From: Saccharolobus solfataricus | Lineage (GTDB): Archaea; Thermoproteota; Thermoprotei_A; Sulfolobales; Sulfolobaceae | Length of the DNA: 32,000 nt | NCBI RefSeq assembly: GCF_900079115.1 | Contig: NZ_LT549890.1 | Coordinates: forward strand, 1,260,001 to 1,292,000 | Reading direction: 5' to 3' | In this document: in pieces, positions 28,724 through 32,000 of the stretch | Position numbering within the stretch: the first letter of the stretch is position 1 | Layout: every line of letters begins with the position of its first letter | Notes under the pieces: model-generated | Database searches by the model: none | What the model was told of the DNA's origin: nothing | Seen by the model: only the letters and a program-made list of their open reading frames with translations | Position numbers and translations under genes: made by a program

Positions 28724-28903
28724 GAACTTTCCGGAAATACTAGTGAATCTGATCACTATTTGATATGAAGATAATAGTATTTAGGAAGAAAATTATTCAA
28801 TATATCTACAGTATCATATAACAATGTATACCGACTACCGATATGATAGAGGAAAAGTATTCAACAGTTCAACTAATCAATTCATGAAAAGAACTTTATG
28901 ATA

Positions 28904-30202
28904 TCATTGAGAGATAGTGTTCTTAAGAACTTCTAGTACTTTTGCGTAGTTGTACCTTTTATCTAAGGTTTTTATATCAACTTTTGGCTCTCCAGTAAGA
29001 GTGTTAGTAATCTTAACTACATTATTTCCATTTAGCTCAAGGATCAACTGCTTGTTAATTTTAGCATTAAAGCCATTCTTATAATTATAATATTGATGAT
29101 AATAACTTAAACAATTTAAGTATTCGCCCATGTCGAACCTATCGTGATAAGTCGTAGTCTTGAGAACGATAGGTTTAATCTCCGTTGAAGCGCTTAAACC
29201 CAATGACTGATCCATCGTGACAAGGTAAACATTAGTTGGAATCGCCGTTTTCAGCCTATTTACCTCTTTTTTAAGCTCCACATCTCCGTAGCTCTGATTT
29301 TTAAGCCTATCCTCTAATTGACTTATGGATGGGAGATGAACTTCCTTAAAGGTTTGTAAACCCAATATGAATTTTATTAAATTAGGATCCTTTTGGGTAC
29401 CTTGTGTCTTACTTTTCAGCTCCCTATATACTGAAGTTGACGGTATTAATCTAAACCCCTTCTCCCTATCGTAAAATAGTCTTTTGATCCTATTTCCTAA
29501 ACTTATATAAACGTTAGTATCGGCTACGAAGAGCGCATCTTCCTTCTTAATAATATCCAGTATCTTCTCCTCTTCCCGAAAGGTTCTCATACCACTTCTC
29601 GTTTTGCACAATTCTATAAATTCATCTCCCTTCTGATCATCAATGTAATTATTGTCACCAAGTTTTATCTTAACTTCCCCATGAAGGCTCAGAATATTAT
29701 AAAGAGCCGTTAGTGACTCAATATCAAGTTCTGAGTCCAGTTCGTCTCCCGCTGTAGTAAGAGGCAAGTGTCTAAACTTGATTTCTTCCCCGTTTCTCAT
29801 GTTAAATATCTTTATCTCATTAAAGGGTACGTAACCGAATACCCTGTACCCCTCATTCTCGTTCTTTAGATAAACATATCTTACCTCCCTAGCTTTAGAG
29901 TAGTTAGCGGTAGTTAATGCCATGTATTTTCTACCCGGCGTAATGTCTAAAACGTCCGGATCATATTCCGAAATTTTCTCCCTCCACGTCTTTACACCTT
30001 CACCTATTACAATGTCCTTTACTTCAACGTTAATTCCTAAGTAACTTAATGCCTTCTTTAAATTATCCTCTATCCTTTTATGTGGTGGAGATTCCCTTAA
30101 AATGATAATTTGTGTGGGCTTTAGGTCAGTTAATAGTTCTGTCATTATCGCGTTAATTGTTGTAACTGATTTGTCTGAACCAAGTGTAGCTAACTTTTCC
30201 AT
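28904..30202 (-). CDS. CARF-like sensor domain fused to a PIN-domain nuclease, plus an uncharacterised ~100-aa C-terminal extension (432 aa)
   Basis: N-terminus: KLATLGSD (strand 1 ending in Ser), QIIILRE, and DVLDITPGRKYMA, which fits the CARF [DN]x[ST]xxx[RK] / DxTHG-like signature. PIN acidic residues occur in order: FVADTNVY (D228), VYRELK (E261), YGDVELKK (D307), YLVTMDQS (D331). Confidence 0.6.
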   Translation of the reverse strand: MEKLATLGSDKSVTTINAIMTELLTDLKPTQIIILRESPPHKRIEDNLKKALSYLGINVEVKDIVIGEGVKTWREKISEYDPDVLDITPGRKYMALTTANYSKAREVRYVYLKNENEGYRVFGYVPFNEIKIFNMRNGEEIKFRHLPLTTAGDELDSELDIESLTALYNILSLHGEVKIKLGDNNYIDDQKGDEFIELCKTRSGMRTFREEEKILDIIKKEDALFVADTNVYISLGNRIKRLFYDREKGFRLIPSTSVYRELKSKTQGTQKDPNLIKFILGLQTFKEVHLPSISQLEDRLKNQSYGDVELKKEVNRLKTAIPTNVYLVTMDQSLGLSASTEIKPIVLKTTTYHDRFDMGEYLNCLSYYHQYYNYKNGFNAKINKQLILELNGNNVVKITNTLTGEPKVDIKTLDKRYNYAKVLEVLKNTISQ

Positions 30203-30241
30203 AAATATATATATATAACAAAAAGGTCTTTTTATTATTAT

Positions 30242-31549
30242 AACAGACGGGGGTTCAAAGGGGGCGGAAAACTTCTCTTTGAGATGGATCCCTTTGTAGA
30301 AAAGTTAAAAATAGGAAAATAACGAAATACACATCAATGCCCACCTTAGGGTTTCGCTTCCGTGCTTACGCTGACGAACAAACCCTTAGGGCGTTAAAAG
30401 CCCAGTTGAAGTTAGCATGTGAGGTATATAACACCTTAAGGTGGGCAGACATATACTTTTACCAAAGGGATGGGAAAGGGCTTACACAAACTGAGTTAAG
30501 ACAGTTGGCTCTAGATCTGAGAAAACAAGATGATGAGTATAAGCAACTCTACTCGCAAGTAGTTCAACAAATAGCTGACCGTTACTACGAAGCTAAGAAG
30601 AGGTTTTTCGAAGGTTTAGCACGTTTCCCAAAAGAAAAGAAACCTCATAAATACTACTCCCTTGTCTATCCCCAGTATGGTTGGAAAATACTTCAAGTTA
30701 GAGAAATAAGAAAAGGAAGCAAGAAGAAACTAATAACGCTTAAACTATCAAATCTTGGTACATTCAAGGTAATTATACACAGGGACTTTCCCCTTGACAA
30801 AGTAAAGAGGGTGATAGTGAAGCTAACAAGATCTGAGAGGATATACATCACTTTCGTAGTTGATCACGAATTCCCCAAGTTACCTAACACTGGTAAGGTA
30901 GTGGCGATAGATGTTGGTGTAGAAAAGTTGTTAGTAACGTCAGATGGTGAGTATTTTCCTAATTTGAGACCTCTTGAAAAGGCGTTATGGAAAGTGAAGC
31001 ATCTACACAGAGAACTTTCAAGGAAGAAGTTCCTCTCTCATAATTGGTTTAAGGCTAAGGTTAAGCTTGCTAGGGCTTATGAGCATTTGAAGAATCTAAG
31101 AACGGATCTTTACATGAAGTTGGGTAAGTGGTTTGCTGAGCATTATGACGTTGTGGTGATGGAGGGTATTCACGCTAAACAACTTGTGGGTAAGTCCTTG
31201 AGGTCTCTGAGGAGGAGGCTGAGTGACGTGGGATTTGGTGAGTTGAGGGATGTGCTGAAGTATCAGCTGGAAAAATACGGAAAGAAACTCATCCTAGTTA
31301 ATCCTGCATACACTTCCAAAACTTGTGCTAGGTGCGGGTATGTGAAAAATGACTTGTCTCTATCTGATCGTGTTTTCGTTTGTCCCAACTGTGGTTGGAT
31401 TGCAGATCGTGACTATAATGCTTCTCTTAACATCTTACGTGGATCGGGGTCGGAGCGACCCTTAGTGTGGAGCTCCGCCCTCTACCAGTACTCTGGCAAG
31501 GTGGGGCTGTGAAGCAGGAAGCTCCCTCATTTATGAGGGGGTAGCTCAC
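30242..31549 (+). mobile_element. ISC1316-type IS200/IS605-family element, copy 2 (TnpB only, ~1308 bp)
   Basis: It has the same termini as copy 1, is preceded by TTAT (30238..30241), ends in gtagctcac (31549), and has a right-end hairpin at 31520..31546. Confidence 0.85.
30337..31512 (+). CDS. tnpB: TnpB (OrfB) of ISC1316 copy 2, 391 aa
   Basis: About 96 percent identical to 5433..6608 (roughly 14-15 substitutions by eye), with the same RuvC and zinc-finger motifs. Confidence 0.9.
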   Translation: MPTLGFRFRAYADEQTLRALKAQLKLACEVYNTLRWADIYFYQRDGKGLTQTELRQLALDLRKQDDEYKQLYSQVVQQIADRYYEAKKRFFEGLARFPKEKKPHKYYSLVYPQYGWKILQVREIRKGSKKKLITLKLSNLGTFKVIIHRDFPLDKVKRVIVKLTRSERIYITFVVDHEFPKLPNTGKVVAIDVGVEKLLVTSDGEYFPNLRPLEKALWKVKHLHRELSRKKFLSHNWFKAKVKLARAYEHLKNLRTDLYMKLGKWFAEHYDVVVMEGIHAKQLVGKSLRSLRRRLSDVGFGELRDVLKYQLEKYGKKLILVNPAYTSKTCARCGYVKNDLSLSDRVFVCPNCGWIADRDYNASLNILRGSGSERPLVWSSALYQYSGKVGL

Positions 31550-32000
31550 TTAATACAAGCCTTGAGATAGAAAAACCTAAACTATAGTAGTACATCAGTG
31601 TTGATAACAGATTTATTACTTTTTATCAATATAAATCATATAAAGTATCCGTTTATTTTCAATTCGATATATAATTTAGCTTTTAACAAGAAGAAGATAT
31701 AGTAATTTTAAAAAAAAAAAGAATCTTTTCCAAAAATTTTATTACGTAATTAAAACATTTTGCGAAAGTGGTATTAGCTGAATTTAAACTAAATTTCAAA
31801 TGAATGAAATTATTGTCCACACTCAATTAAACCACTAGTTCTCCTCACCAGATATGGATTATTACGAAATAATATATACAATTAGACTCAATAATATTCA
31901 AAAATACTATAAAGTAAATTATAGAAAGATTTATTAGGTAAATAATCTATATTAACAAACATGATTATAAAACCCGAACCATCACTTAAAGATTTATCCT

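Larger units (their letters stand above)
27693..28740 (+). mobile_element. ISC1048 (IS630/Tc1-mariner family), exactly 1048 bp between TA target duplications
   Basis: TA at 27691..27692 and at 28741..28742. The imperfect TIRs are gtgtttccgaaaagtttataga and (reverse complement) gtatttccggaaagttcttaga. The transposase is encoded in two overlapping frames. Confidence 0.9.

Noticed and set aside
31550-31960. About 410 bp of AT-rich non-coding region after ISC1316 copy 2. It contains an A11 run (31710..31720) and a 7-bp inverted repeat ttgataa/ttatcaa.
   Set aside because: I found no ORF, RNA-gene signature or repeat array. The inverted repeat is short and expected by chance at this base composition.
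31961-32000. Possible start of a plus-strand CDS (ATG at 31961, MIIKPEPSLKDLS...) running off the right edge
   Set aside because: Only 13 codons are visible, which is not enough evidence to call a gene.
1-32000. Whole-window scan for CRISPR arrays, cas genes, rRNA and tRNA
   Set aside because: None was found. All long repeats are accounted for by IS copies.

Overview
The window is AT-rich crenarchaeal chromosome. Gene content and order point to Saccharolobus/Sulfolobus solfataricus: malate synthase, an MFS/MarR (BldR-type) operon, GH116 beta-glycosidase, GH12 endoglucanase and CpsA-type carboxypeptidase. This identification rests on my recognition of the translated proteins, not on a database search. 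About one third of the window (roughly 10 kb) is insertion-sequence DNA. It comprises two ISC1904-type IS607-family elements in inverted orientation, two TnpB-only ISC1316-type IS200/IS605-family elements in direct orientation, and one ISC1439 (exactly 1439 bp, 17-bp TIRs, 9-bp TSD). It also holds one ISC1048 (exactly 1048 bp between TA duplications), one decayed 1139-bp IS with perfect 15-bp TIRs, a 79-bp SM1-like MITE nested inside an ISC1904, and a solo IS right-end remnant. Three host genes are cleanly split by IS insertions, and each can be rebuilt in frame by removing the IS: an MFS transporter, an AMP-forming acyl-CoA synthetase and the GH116 glycosidase. Intact genes include a family III CoA-transferase, a DUF1028 protein, a DHA2-type MFS plus MarR operon, GH12 endoglucanase, M20D carboxypeptidase, a GT2 glycosyltransferase, another MFS and several hypothetical membrane proteins. 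I found no rRNA, tRNA or CRISPR array. The most interesting locus is a 432-aa protein (28904..30202, minus strand) that reads as a CARF-like sensor domain fused to a PIN nuclease domain. It lies far from any cas gene and is tightly bracketed by two IS elements. It is a candidate stand-alone effector gated by cyclic oligoadenylate.
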